DNA of 63,992 nucleotides, the filler included, from Acetivibrio sp. (GTDB lineage Bacteria > Bacillota > Clostridia > Acetivibrionales > Acetivibrionaceae), in NCBI RefSeq assembly GCF_035371925.1. It is 4 parts of 4 records of this genome, joined end to end, with 100 filler letters (N's around TTAATTAATTAA, not from the genome) between each part and the next. Parts side by side here need not be neighbours in the genome. Positions count along the whole stretch, not along the records: positions 1 to 16,474 come from NZ_DAORXT010000064.1; positions 16,575 to 32,945 come from NZ_DAORXT010000065.1; 2 more parts are not named here. The stretch is one strand, 5' to 3'. The notes under the pieces were generated by a model. It had not been told where the DNA came from and made no database searches. It saw only the letters and a program-made list of their open reading frames with translations. Below, one piece after another: positions 9,993 through 19,703 of the stretch (positions are counted from its first letter, which is position 1; the number at the start of each line of letters is the position of its first letter). Both the position numbers and the translations under genes were made by a program.

Positions 9993-12335
9993 TCATCCGC
10001 ACTTTGAATATCCGCAGCTTCTGCACACTACGCAGCCGCCTTCGTGTTCAACCTTTCTGCCGCACTCGGGACAAACCGCAGTATTTCTCTCGTCCATATC
10101 ATTTTCCAGCTCGGCAACTTTAAAATCCGCTTCGTCTTCCAATGTATCATTTAATTTATGATAGGTATTTGCTGTGGGGCGCTGAAATTTCTGTTCCTCT
10201 GTGATAGAAATTTCACCAGCCAAATCCTTTTGCCCATTCTGTATTTTTGCAACTTTTTCTATGAGTCTGCCGATAGCATCCGGACAGGAAAGAACCTTTA
10301 AACCCTTCTGCCTTATTGTCGACGGACACCTTATACCTTTGAGCTGCTCAACAATGTATTTGTGGTCAACTCCGGAACGAAGGGCAATAGACACAAGCCT
10401 TGCCGTTGCTTCCGACTGGGAAGGACATCCCCCTGCCCGTCCGGTATTTGTAAACACCTCGCAAATACCGTAGTCATCATAATTTACTGTAATGTATAAA
10501 TTACCGCAACCTATTTTGACCTTCTCGGTAAAACCTGTTGCAATCTCCGACCTCGGTCTCGGAGCTATGCCCGATACCGACTTGGTTGGCTCTTTGTCTT
10601 TGGACTCATTTTCTTCCTTGCCTTTCACTTTTCCGATATTAAGCACCTGCATGTCCCTGCTGCCGTCCCTGTATATTGTTATACCTTTGCAATTTGTCTT
10701 GTATGCAAGCCAGAAAGCGTCGGCCACATCTTTGCGGGTTGCTTCGTTTCTCAGATTAACGGTTTTTGACACGGCATTGTCGGTATACTTCTGGAAAGCA
10801 GCCTGCATTCTCACATGCCAGTCCGGAGCAATGTCATGGGATGTAACAAACACGTTCTGAACCCTCTCCGGTATTTCGCCAAACCCCTTTATTGAGCCCT
10901 TCTTTGCTATCCTTCTCATCAATTCGTCGGAATAAAATCCCTCTTCTTGAGCTGTCTGCTTAAATACCGGATTTACTTCTATCAGTTCGTCATTATCCAT
11001 TACATTTCTGATGTAAGAAATGGCAAACAACGGCTCAATTCCGCTGGATACGCCTGCAATAATGCTCAATGTACCTGTAGGCGCTATGGTTGTGGTAGTG
11101 GCATTTCTCACCCTCACCCCAAGGTTCTTGTAAATGCTCCTGTCATAGTAAGGGAACACGCCTTTCTTTTCTGCCAGCTCCATTGAAGCCTTTCTGGACT
11201 CATCCTGTATAAAATGCATTATTTTTTCCGCAAGGTCTATGGAAATTTGAGAATTGTACGGAATATCCAGTTTGCAAAGCATATCTGCCCATCCCATAAC
11301 TCCCAAGCCTATTTTCCTTGTTCCCCTTGTCATTTCGTCAATTTCGGGCAAAGGATACTTATTTACATCTATCACATTGTCAAGGAAGTGCACTGCCTTC
11401 CAAACCGTGCTCCTTAGTTTGAAAAAATCAACTTCCGGCTTTCCTTTAACGTACTTTAACATATTGCTTAAATTGATTGAGCCTAAATTACATGCCTCAT
11501 AAGGAAGCAACGGCTGCTCTCCGCACGGGTTGGTGCTTTCAATTTCACCTATTTCGGGAGTAACATTGTCCTTATTTAATCTGTCTAAAAAGATTATTCC
11601 CGGTTCACCGTTGTTCCACGCCATATCAACAATTAAATCAAATATCTCTTTTGCATTTTGTTTACCGACTACTTTACCAGTATGGGGCTCCACCAAGTTG
11701 TAATCCTCATTTTTTTCAACGGCGTTCATAAATTCTTCCGTTATACCCACGCTGATATTAAAGTTTGTAATATCGGAATTGTTCTTTTTGCATGTTATAA
11801 AGTCTATGATGTCGGGATGGTCCACACGAAGTATGCCCATATTGGCACCTCTTCTTGTTCCACCCTGTTTTACGGCTTCTGTGGCGGCATTAAACACCTT
11901 CATAAAGCTCACAGGACCGCTGGCAACCCCTCCGGTGGAATTTACCGAAGCGCCTTTCGGTCTTAAGCGTGAAAAACTAAAACCGGTGCCTCCACCGCTT
12001 TTATGTATAAGAGCAGCATTTTTTATGGTTTCGAATATTCCTTCCATTGTATCTTCTATAGGCAGAACGAAACATGCACTTAATTGTCCCAAAGGTCTTC
12101 CTGCATTCATAAGAGTGGGCGAATTCGGCAGAAAATCCAGATTTGCCATCATCTCATAAAATTCCTGCTCAATGTCTTTTAGCTCGTCTTCCGATACATA
12201 TTCTTTATCGGCGAATGCAACAGCCCTTGCAACTCTCCTGAACATTCCATCTGGATTTTCCAAAAGATTTCCGTTTTCATCTTTTGCAAGATACCTTTTT
12301 TCCAGGACTTTAATTGCGTTTTCGGTTAAATTCAT
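9993..12335 (-). CDS. nrdJ: Adenosylcobalamin-dependent (class II) ribonucleotide reductase
   Basis: Motifs PNSPTLMNAG, LSACF, GGTRRGANM, STNPCGEQPL and TIAPTGT; C-terminal TSCPD-type domain and zinc ribbon (CPECG...CRSCGYSKCG). Confidence 0.92.
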   Translation of the reverse strand: MNLTENAIKVLEKRYLAKDENGNLLENPDGMFRRVARAVAFADKEYVSEDELKDIEQEFYEMMANLDFLPNSPTLMNAGRPLGQLSACFVLPIEDTMEGIFETIKNAALIHKSGGGTGFSFSRLRPKGASVNSTGGVASGPVSFMKVFNAATEAVKQGGTRRGANMGILRVDHPDIIDFITCKKNNSDITNFNISVGITEEFMNAVEKNEDYNLVEPHTGKVVGKQNAKEIFDLIVDMAWNNGEPGIIFLDRLNKDNVTPEIGEIESTNPCGEQPLLPYEACNLGSINLSNMLKYVKGKPEVDFFKLRSTVWKAVHFLDNVIDVNKYPLPEIDEMTRGTRKIGLGVMGWADMLCKLDIPYNSQISIDLAEKIMHFIQDESRKASMELAEKKGVFPYYDRSIYKNLGVRVRNATTTTIAPTGTLSIIAGVSSGIEPLFAISYIRNVMDNDELIEVNPVFKQTAQEEGFYSDELMRRIAKKGSIKGFGEIPERVQNVFVTSHDIAPDWHVRMQAAFQKYTDNAVSKTVNLRNEATRKDVADAFWLAYKTNCKGITIYRDGSRDMQVLNIGKVKGKEENESKDKEPTKSVSGIAPRPRSEIATGFTEKVKIGCGNLYITVNYDDYGICEVFTNTGRAGGCPSQSEATARLVSIALRSGVDHKYIVEQLKGIRCPSTIRQKGLKVLSCPDAIGRLIEKVAKIQNGQKDLAGEISITEEQKFQRPTANTYHKLNDTLEDEADFKVAELENDMDERNTAVCPECGRKVEHEGGCVVCRSCGYSKCG

Positions 12336-12358
12336 TTTATATTAGCCTCCTCACCAAT

Positions 12359-12406
12359 TCACTACATTTTGTGTGATGACTTATAGCATCATACAGTATA
12401 TTGTAT
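12359..12406 (-). promoter_or_regulatory. Tandem NrdR boxes
   Basis: Minus strand ATACAATATACTGTAT (12391-12406) and ACACAAAATGTAGTGA (12359-12374), each 13/16 to acaCwAtATaTwGtgt, 32 bp apart start to start. Confidence 0.8.
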
Positions 12407-12427
12407 CATTTATCCAATACAAGTCAA
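12400..12427 (-). promoter_or_regulatory. SigA-type promoter of nrdJ
   Basis: TTGACT-16bp-TACAAT with extended -10 TG; the -10 overlaps the upstream NrdR box. Confidence 0.6.
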
Positions 12428-12576
12428 GCTGAAAAAATTAATTTTATGAGAAGTTATTCAATGTATAGTTGAGATATTGAAGCAAGAAAAAAGAAAACGG
12501 CAAAAAAAGTAGACAGCAAATGAAAACTTCATTTGCCATCTACAATAATAACACAATATTATTTAAATTAAAAGGT

Positions 12577-13839
12577 TTATTCTTTCAAAAATGCTTCTTC
12601 CGAATACGTATTGTTCGCATCCCAGAATATCCATTCTTCGTAGCCGGCATCATAAATAGCCTGAATTTGCTGTCTTACCTGCTCAGGTCCATAAGTCTGG
12701 TAGTAGCCCTTGCCAAGCCACGATGCCGTAAAGTCTTGAACGTAAGCCCTTACATCGGCTTTTTTGCCTTCAACCTGTGCGAGTCTGTCCTTGCACTTAG
12801 CAAGACTTTGATATACCACTCCATAAGGATCCAGGTCAGGCTTCATAAACTGAACACCGTTAACCTTCTGCCCTACAGCGTAGTGAGAAGGATATACCAT
12901 AGGCGAAATATAATCTACATCTTTTACTATTGTTTCAAGATATTGTCCAATATCTTCAGTATCTGCAGGGCTCTCCAGTATTATTCCGAATACGTCCGCG
13001 GACAGAACAACGCCCGGAAGCTGCTCTCTGGCATAAGCCAAAAACTCGTTTATTACTTCGTACTTTTCCTTGCCGCCGGTATTAAAGGCCATAGACTTTT
13101 TACTTCCGTCGTTGGGAAATCTGATATAGTCAAACTGGATTTCGTCAAAACCTTTTTCAACCGCTTCCTTGGCTATCTCAATCAAATAAGGCCATGAATC
13201 CTTGTTATAGGGGTCCAGCCATGTAAGATTGTGATTGTCGCGCCATGAGCCTCCGTTGACACTTTTTACCGCCAACTCCGGCTTCTTGGAAGATAAAACA
13301 GGGTCCTTGAAGCAGACCAATCTTCCGATAACATGAATATTATTATCATGAAATGCTTTTAATACTTTGTCAGCATTGTACTTACTCTTCCATCCGCCAA
13401 TCTCTCTTACAGCCGGTATATTCGATTCATAACCGACATATCCGTCGTCATCCTTGATGTCTACAACATAGGCATTAATTTCCGTACTGTTTGCAAGATC
13501 AATATAATGCTGAACCCTATCATCACTTCCCACAGTCCATCCTGTAAGATACAATGCTTTTACCTTGATATCCTTCTTTGCAGGTTGAGCATCTTCACCG
13601 GAATTATTGGGCTCCGGGCTTGCTTCTTCATTCGGTTCCGAAGGATTTGGAACATCGCTGTCCGTATTGCCTTCATTGTTTGCCTGTCCGTTGTCGGTTC
13701 CTTCCGCTGTAGGTACAGGATTGTTTACTTCAACATCCGTACCCTTGCATGCCGTAAAAGAAAAAACAAATACCAAGACAAATAAAACTACTAAAAAATT
13801 CCTTAACCTAAAAGCTAGTTGTGCATTTTTGGCTGACAT
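12577..13839 (-). CDS. Putative glycoside hydrolase (DUF4015-like), lipoprotein
   Basis: Lipobox-like FTAC after a hydrophobic stretch; Asn/Glu/Pro linker; VKALYLT, VVDIKDDDG, GFDEIQFDYIRFP, PMVYPSHY and WIFW motifs. Confidence 0.78.
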   Translation of the reverse strand: MSAKNAQLAFRLRNFLVVLFVLVFVFSFTACKGTDVEVNNPVPTAEGTDNGQANNEGNTDSDVPNPSEPNEEASPEPNNSGEDAQPAKKDIKVKALYLTGWTVGSDDRVQHYIDLANSTEINAYVVDIKDDDGYVGYESNIPAVREIGGWKSKYNADKVLKAFHDNNIHVIGRLVCFKDPVLSSKKPELAVKSVNGGSWRDNHNLTWLDPYNKDSWPYLIEIAKEAVEKGFDEIQFDYIRFPNDGSKKSMAFNTGGKEKYEVINEFLAYAREQLPGVVLSADVFGIILESPADTEDIGQYLETIVKDVDYISPMVYPSHYAVGQKVNGVQFMKPDLDPYGVVYQSLAKCKDRLAQVEGKKADVRAYVQDFTASWLGKGYYQTYGPEQVRQQIQAIYDAGYEEWIFWDANNTYSEEAFLKE

Positions 13840-14062
13840 ATTGACCCCCCGTTGTGATTTTTGTTTTTGGTTTGTTTTGTTCGGATATAATTATGCTATT
13901 ATTAGATTATAACATAAATATATCTGTTGTCATTATCAAATAAATACCATATAAAATTTTTGCAAGGATATTGTGTTTTTGTATGGGTTATTTCATTTGG
14001 TACATATTCAATAATACTATTAAGACGTAAAAATAACAATAAAAGTTTTATTTATTATAAAA

Positions 14063-15319
14063 TTATTCTTTGGCAAATGCTGACTGTGTGTACGTATTTG
14101 CCGCATTCCAGAATATCCATTCTTCATACCCGGCATCATAGACCGCCTTTATTTGCTGCCTTACCTGTTCAGGTCCGTAATGCTGGTAATAGCCTTTGGG
14201 AAGATATGAAGCCGTAAAGTCCTGAAGATAGGGTCTTACTTTTGCTCTGTATCCCTCCACCTTTGATATTCTGTTCTTTGTTTTTAAAAGAACATTATAG
14301 ACAACTTCATACGGCTTTAAATCCGGTGCCGTAAAAAGTATGCCGTTAATGGACTGTCCCTGCCCGTTTCCCATCATTCCCCGGGATGCATTGGCATAAT
14401 GGGAAGGATATATCATAGGGGATATATAGTCCACATCCATTCCCACCCTTTCCAAAACCTGTCCTATGCCTTCCGTGTCACCGGGAGTCTCACAAACAAT
14501 GGCAAATATATCTGCCGAAACCGGTACACCCATTTTATTCAATTCATTTGTTGCCTCCCGAAGAAAACTTGAAATTGCATCAGCCTTGGGCATGGGATTT
14601 TCTCCGTAATCAACTTCATTTTTCCCTGCTGTGGGAAACCTTACATAGTCAAACTGAATTTCGTCAAAGCCTTTTTTTACTGCCTCCTTTGCTATATCAA
14701 TATTGTATTTCCAAACCTCCTTGTTATAAGGGTTTGTCCATGCTATACTTCCGTTTTCCCTCCATATCGACCCATCCTTGCGTTTTATAGCCAAATCCAC
14801 CCTCTTTCCAGCCAAATGATTATCCCTGAAACATACAATTCTTCCAATTACATATATATTGTTGTCATGCAGAAGCTTTATTACTTCATCGACATTGTAC
14901 AACTCATGATATGCACCGATTTTCTTTACACTTTCCACATCGGAAGCATAATTAACTTTTCCGTCCTCTTTTACATCCAGGACCACTGCGTTGAGCTCCG
15001 TTGTATTGATAAGATTTACAAGGTTCTCCAAAAATTTTTTGTTTCCTGCAGAAGTCCCGGTAATATACAATCCTTTTACTTTTACTGCTTTTTTCTGAGG
15101 CACCGGAGTGGGCAGACTTTCTTCATTGCCGCTATTTTCAGTGTTGCTGTTTTCGTTGCTTTTATTTTCATTTGTCAAAGAGTGCTTTATCTGAATATTT
15201 TGATTGTTTTTCCCGTTTTCTTGGTTTAGACTGTCGCTGTAATATATAAATGCATAAGTTGCTGTAAAAACAAGCAAAAAAACAACTATAGCCATCAATA
15301 AGCGTCTGTTCTTAAGCAT
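14063..15319 (-). CDS. Putative glycoside hydrolase (DUF4015-like), membrane-anchored paralog
   Basis: N-terminal TM segment and Asn/Ser linker; VKGLYIT, VLDVKEDG, GFDEIQFDYVRFP and PMIYPSHY motifs; clear paralog of 12577-13839. Confidence 0.78.
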   Translation of the reverse strand: MLKNRRLLMAIVVFLLVFTATYAFIYYSDSLNQENGKNNQNIQIKHSLTNENKSNENSNTENSGNEESLPTPVPQKKAVKVKGLYITGTSAGNKKFLENLVNLINTTELNAVVLDVKEDGKVNYASDVESVKKIGAYHELYNVDEVIKLLHDNNIYVIGRIVCFRDNHLAGKRVDLAIKRKDGSIWRENGSIAWTNPYNKEVWKYNIDIAKEAVKKGFDEIQFDYVRFPTAGKNEVDYGENPMPKADAISSFLREATNELNKMGVPVSADIFAIVCETPGDTEGIGQVLERVGMDVDYISPMIYPSHYANASRGMMGNGQGQSINGILFTAPDLKPYEVVYNVLLKTKNRISKVEGYRAKVRPYLQDFTASYLPKGYYQHYGPEQVRQQIKAVYDAGYEEWIFWNAANTYTQSAFAKE

Positions 15320-15434
15320 TCTTTTTGTCCCATCCCATTCACTAATATTTTGTTATATTATTTGCTTGGCATGGGCATGTTTAAACATGAAAACTTTGAA
15401 AACAAGCTGCTAACATTTACTTCATTCTTTGTTT

Positions 15435-16097
15435 TTACAGCATAATCTCAAGCCGAATCAATCTTCCCAGTACATTCAAATCCTTTCTATATATTGTATC
15501 CGTTATCAATCTTCCGCTATTGCTGACAAGCAATATTTTCCCGTTTCCGATGTCTTTTATCTGTCTTACCGTCCTCTTTCCTTTATAATCAACAAAATAA
15601 ATTCCATCCTTTTCAATGTCACGGGTACTGTAAACCAAGGCAATATCGTCCTTGATTATCCTAAAACCGGACATATCGTTATCTTCAATAATCAGGTAGA
15701 ACACCTTGTCTTTCGGAAAGCCTTCAACTTTGTTGTGTATTATGGGAAGCTGCCTTGTATCAACCGCTTTGTCCATTTTATATCGATATACAGGTACCGT
15801 CATAAGAATTCCCGAGAGGGCATCATTCCATATATCCTGTACAGGCTTTTCAACAACCTTCACCACATTTTCGTCCGGTTCCGGCTTGTTTTGATCAGCT
15901 TCATATAGATCCAGTTTTACCACTTCGCCACGCAATACTCTGGAAAACTTTTTTACAAGTTCTTCATTTAGTATCCTCCTGCCCGATTCCACATCCACAA
16001 TAAATCCTTCAGAAACACCTACCAATTTGGCAAGCTGCTTTTGAGTAATTCCAAGTTCCTTACGCAGTCTTGCAATCTCCGAGCCCAATCTGTTCAT
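15435..16097 (-). CDS. XRE-family HTH regulator with degenerate S24 (LexA-like) domain
   Basis: N-terminal RKELGITQKQLAKLVGVS..FI..VESG; C-terminal LexA-fold region lacking the Ser/Lys dyad; ATG 16097 is the likely start. Confidence 0.85.
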   Translation of the reverse strand: MNRLGSEIARLRKELGITQKQLAKLVGVSEGFIVDVESGRRILNEELVKKFSRVLRGEVVKLDLYEADQNKPEPDENVVKVVEKPVQDIWNDALSGILMTVPVYRYKMDKAVDTRQLPIIHNKVEGFPKDKVFYLIIEDNDMSGFRIIKDDIALVYSTRDIEKDGIYFVDYKGKRTVRQIKDIGNGKILLVSNSGRLITDTIYRKDLNVLGRLIRLEIML

Positions 16098-16474
16098 ATA
16101 CTTTTCACCTTTTCCCATGTATATATGATTTTAATAGTTTGCGTTGAAGTAATGCCACATAATTAAGATACTATAATATTCCATCCTTCGCAAGTTGCAA
16201 TAATACAATCCAATTTTTCCTAGCTTATACTGTTTTAAGTCAGAAATTTATTTCTTTCTACGAATGTATATTTCAGATATATAACAAAATTCATACTCAA
16301 TGCTTCTTTACAAATACTTTCACCATAAATACTTGCACCCTTTTAAACCCAACCGCTGCATGTTGTATCAACTCCATACGAAGCAATAATTGATTATTAA
16401 TTATTAATAAAATTTATATATTGGAGCATTCCTATAAAGAAGCAAAATGACCTTTGAAAAAATAGATGCCTGAC

Positions 16475-16574
16475 NNNNNNNNNNNNNNNNNNNNNNNNNN
16501 NNNNNNNNNNNNNNNNNNTTAATTAATTAANNNNNNNNNNNNNNNNNNNNNNNNNNNNNNNNNNNNNNNNNNNN
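16475..16574. other. Artificial contig spacer
   Basis: 44 N + TTAATTAATTAA (stops in all six frames) + 44 N. Confidence 0.98.
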
Positions 16575-16615
16575 CTTTTGCTATGTGCATTAATTTTTTA
16601 TCAGCTTTCCAACAT

Positions 16616-19600
16616 TTATATCTCAGTCACAGTCAAGCTTTTAATCAATGAGTCCTTTGAAAAGCGAAACCTTATATAGGTGTCTTCCGATTTGTAATCC
16701 GACGGAATCTCAATATTTGCAGAATACGTTCCTTCTGATATCCTTTCAAGCTGCACAAAATCTCCATGAAATCCGGGAATATAATACAGTACTTTTGCAG
16801 CATCCTCCCGGTTGTCAATTATCAATTCAATTTTATATTTCTTACCACCCTCAAAGCCAATATTTCTTGTCTGAAAAGAGCCTGGAGTATTGTCCCTAAT
16901 ATTATTGACCAATATATTTCCTTCATTTACACTTACCTCTACTCTCTCCCTTTGAATAATCTTCCACTGATCCGGTACGTTATCCGAGTTGATATCCATT
17001 TCATTAATGCTTAAAAATTTTATTTTATCTATTTGTTCCAAATCCAAATTCTCGAAATTCTCTTTTATATAAGCCAGCTTTTCTAAATATCCCATTGTCT
17101 TTTCACTAAATACAAAAGGATTCATATTTCTTTCATTTTTCTTTTTCGCTTTGTTAATAGTTTCAAATGCCAAGTCTAAATGTTTTTTGGCACTGTCAAA
17201 ATCGCCGTTTTTCAAATATGCAAGCACAAGCTGATAGTGCATATTCATCTTAAGCTGCCAAGTTTCTTCATAAAACGGCATTAACTCAACAGCCCTGTCT
17301 AAAAGTTCAGTTCCTTCGTCAAACATGGACATTTTCATATATACTATGGCGCCATTCTCTATTGTTTGAGCATTATATCTATCCACTTTTTTCGCGCTTT
17401 CCACCAATTCCTTTGCAGTTTCAAAATCTTCTTTTGTGATACTTTCTCCTGACAATAGCATGTCTGCATGCTTTATTTTATAATCGGCATTAAATGTATC
17501 CAATAATTCTGCATTTTTTATATACTTTAGCGCATCGTCCTTGTTGCCTTCCTCCAACGACTTTCGATATTTGCCTTCAAAATTTGCTGCAGTTGCAAAC
17601 AATATCGGAATTATCATAATCACAAAAGATAAAACCACCATTACTATAGGATTGACATTAAATGATTTTAAATTGCTTAGTTTTTGAAGCAAACCTGTTT
17701 TTTTCACGGTTTCTTCATTCTTTTTGGCAACAGCAGGTCTATTGTGTCTGTATCCCGAATTAAACAATGCTATTAGTGTCCACAGCAGTAAAAATACTGA
17801 TGATAATGATAAATCAAAATCCAGGCATGAGTGCAAAAACATTCCGCCTATAGACGCAAATAGTGTTCCCTGCAGTAACCTGTAGTTTATATCCTCTTCT
17901 TTTTTATATTTATATTCTGAAGCATACTGTACAACAATTGATAATAACAGCATTATCAAAATTATCAATCCAAGTATGCCGGTCTCTACCGCAACTTGCA
18001 GAAAATACGCATGGGTTTGTGTGGACCAGTACAAGTACGACTGATATCCAAAAACAAGTACCGACCATGCTCCTCCTCCGGCTCCAGTAAACCAATTGTC
18101 CTTAAATATTTCAAATGCGTCATTTAAATATATTTGCCGTTGAATAAAACTTCTTGACAACATTAGATTCTGAAATCTTGACGCTACAGAATCGGGTACA
18201 AACCTGTATCGGAGCTTGATGTTTCGTATACTTTTACCTGTTTTACCGTCAACAATTTTTGCATTGTCTATAGATACTTTTGATTTCTCCGAATTATTGG
18301 TAATTTTGATATCAACCAATGAACCGTCTTTCGGTACTGTAAACGGGATTTCCAGTACGCCTGCGTTCTTTTCATTAACCTCTGTAAGCTTTGTATCTCC
18401 TCCAAACATAATATTCTTTTTATTCCGGCTATTAACAGACACCGTTATTGAATTCTCAGTGTCACTATTCATATATGATACATCAAACAACAGTCTGTAT
18501 TCTTTTCCCGGCTTCAACTCAATACTCTTCTGAAAATAATGTCCTGATTCTCTTTCCTGGTTATTGATTTCAAGTTCCAACTCTTTTGGGATATTTATAA
18601 TTATTAACAATGCAATAAACACTGCAGCAGCAGGAATAATCAAGAAATATGGATTTATCTTTAGCCTTGAAGCTATCTTGAACTTAAGCTTAAATAAATA
18701 CTCCACTGCCACCGTTAAAATCAAAGCCATTGCCATCCCTAGTATTATTCCCAACCAGAGGCTTGAATTGCTTCTACCTGACAGAGGCGAAAACAATACC
18801 GGTATTATACCTGAAAGAGCTGCGCAGAACATCATTATAAATGCTCTTAACTTTGTCCCTTTTGGAATCATTATAAGATACAATATAAACATAATGGACA
18901 TCAATATCATTACACCACGGCTCAATGTCAAAATTATAGTAGTTGTAATGATACAGTTGCATATTCCTGCAAGCACTCTTTGCCAAACTTTTGGTGATAT
19001 TATGGATATGGCTACAGTTACGAAAAACACTGCCATTAGATATGCAGCCAATGCATTAGGGTATTGGATTGTCGAATGAATACGTCCTTCAACATAAAGA
19101 CCAAAAAATTGAACCGGTATATTGAGAAAATCAAACGCCTTATTCAGTAAATCGGTCAATCCGCCCCCGGCCGCACCGTCGAGCCCGACAATGCATAATC
19201 CCATTGATGCTGCAATAACGGTCCATAATACTTTAAGTCTATTTTTCATTGTTGACGCAAGGTCAGTAATCATAAAAAACACAGCAAAATACATACAATA
19301 CTTGAGCCATTCCGAAATTGCAAGCCTTGTACTGGCAGAACCCAATATCGATATGAAATAAATTAGCACAAGCCCCAGCGAACAATACTCAATTGGAGTC
19401 AATATGAATTTCTTATTGTTCTCTATATACTTCAATATCCAAAATAAAGCAAAACTAACCAATACAAATATTTCTGCAGGCAGCTGCTCTGCTTCAAAAT
19501 ACAGTCCCCTTACAAAGGGTGAATAGAATATCACAATTAAATTTAATGCTAATATCAGCATTCTAAATATCCTATATTTATTCTCTTCTTTTGCCTCTCT

Positions 19601-19654
19601 TACAGTTCTTCTATTTTTATCTTTTTTTGAACCGCTGTTTCCTGTCCCCATCAT
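16616..19654 (-). CDS. O-antigen ligase/oligosaccharyltransferase-like polytopic membrane protein with extra soluble domains
   Basis: About 1010 aa with many TM helices; STIQYPNALAAYL, LTLSRG, TQTHAYFLQVAVETGILG and HSCLDFDL Wzy_C-like motifs; helical/TPR-like and beta-rich extensions. Confidence 0.8.
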   Translation of the reverse strand: MMGTGNSGSKKDKNRRTVREAKEENKYRIFRMLILALNLIVIFYSPFVRGLYFEAEQLPAEIFVLVSFALFWILKYIENNKKFILTPIEYCSLGLVLIYFISILGSASTRLAISEWLKYCMYFAVFFMITDLASTMKNRLKVLWTVIAASMGLCIVGLDGAAGGGLTDLLNKAFDFLNIPVQFFGLYVEGRIHSTIQYPNALAAYLMAVFFVTVAISIISPKVWQRVLAGICNCIITTTIILTLSRGVMILMSIMFILYLIMIPKGTKLRAFIMMFCAALSGIIPVLFSPLSGRSNSSLWLGIILGMAMALILTVAVEYLFKLKFKIASRLKINPYFLIIPAAAVFIALLIIINIPKELELEINNQERESGHYFQKSIELKPGKEYRLLFDVSYMNSDTENSITVSVNSRNKKNIMFGGDTKLTEVNEKNAGVLEIPFTVPKDGSLVDIKITNNSEKSKVSIDNAKIVDGKTGKSIRNIKLRYRFVPDSVASRFQNLMLSRSFIQRQIYLNDAFEIFKDNWFTGAGGGAWSVLVFGYQSYLYWSTQTHAYFLQVAVETGILGLIILIMLLLSIVVQYASEYKYKKEEDINYRLLQGTLFASIGGMFLHSCLDFDLSLSSVFLLLWTLIALFNSGYRHNRPAVAKKNEETVKKTGLLQKLSNLKSFNVNPIVMVVLSFVIMIIPILFATAANFEGKYRKSLEEGNKDDALKYIKNAELLDTFNADYKIKHADMLLSGESITKEDFETAKELVESAKKVDRYNAQTIENGAIVYMKMSMFDEGTELLDRAVELMPFYEETWQLKMNMHYQLVLAYLKNGDFDSAKKHLDLAFETINKAKKKNERNMNPFVFSEKTMGYLEKLAYIKENFENLDLEQIDKIKFLSINEMDINSDNVPDQWKIIQRERVEVSVNEGNILVNNIRDNTPGSFQTRNIGFEGGKKYKIELIIDNREDAAKVLYYIPGFHGDFVQLERISEGTYSANIEIPSDYKSEDTYIRFRFSKDSLIKSLTVTEI

Positions 19655-19703
19655 TACCACCTTTGTGCCAATTGATTTTTTAAAGCTGTTTAGTCTAATG
19701 TTG

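Noticed and set aside
12336..12576. Cobalamin riboswitch upstream of the B12-dependent RNR
   Set aside because: The predicted leader is short and no B12-box-like sequence is visible.
16519..16530. TTAATTAATTAA palindrome, repeated at 32990 and 49429
   Set aside because: It is flanked by exactly 44 Ns on each side, so it is a six-frame-stop assembly linker, not biological sequence.
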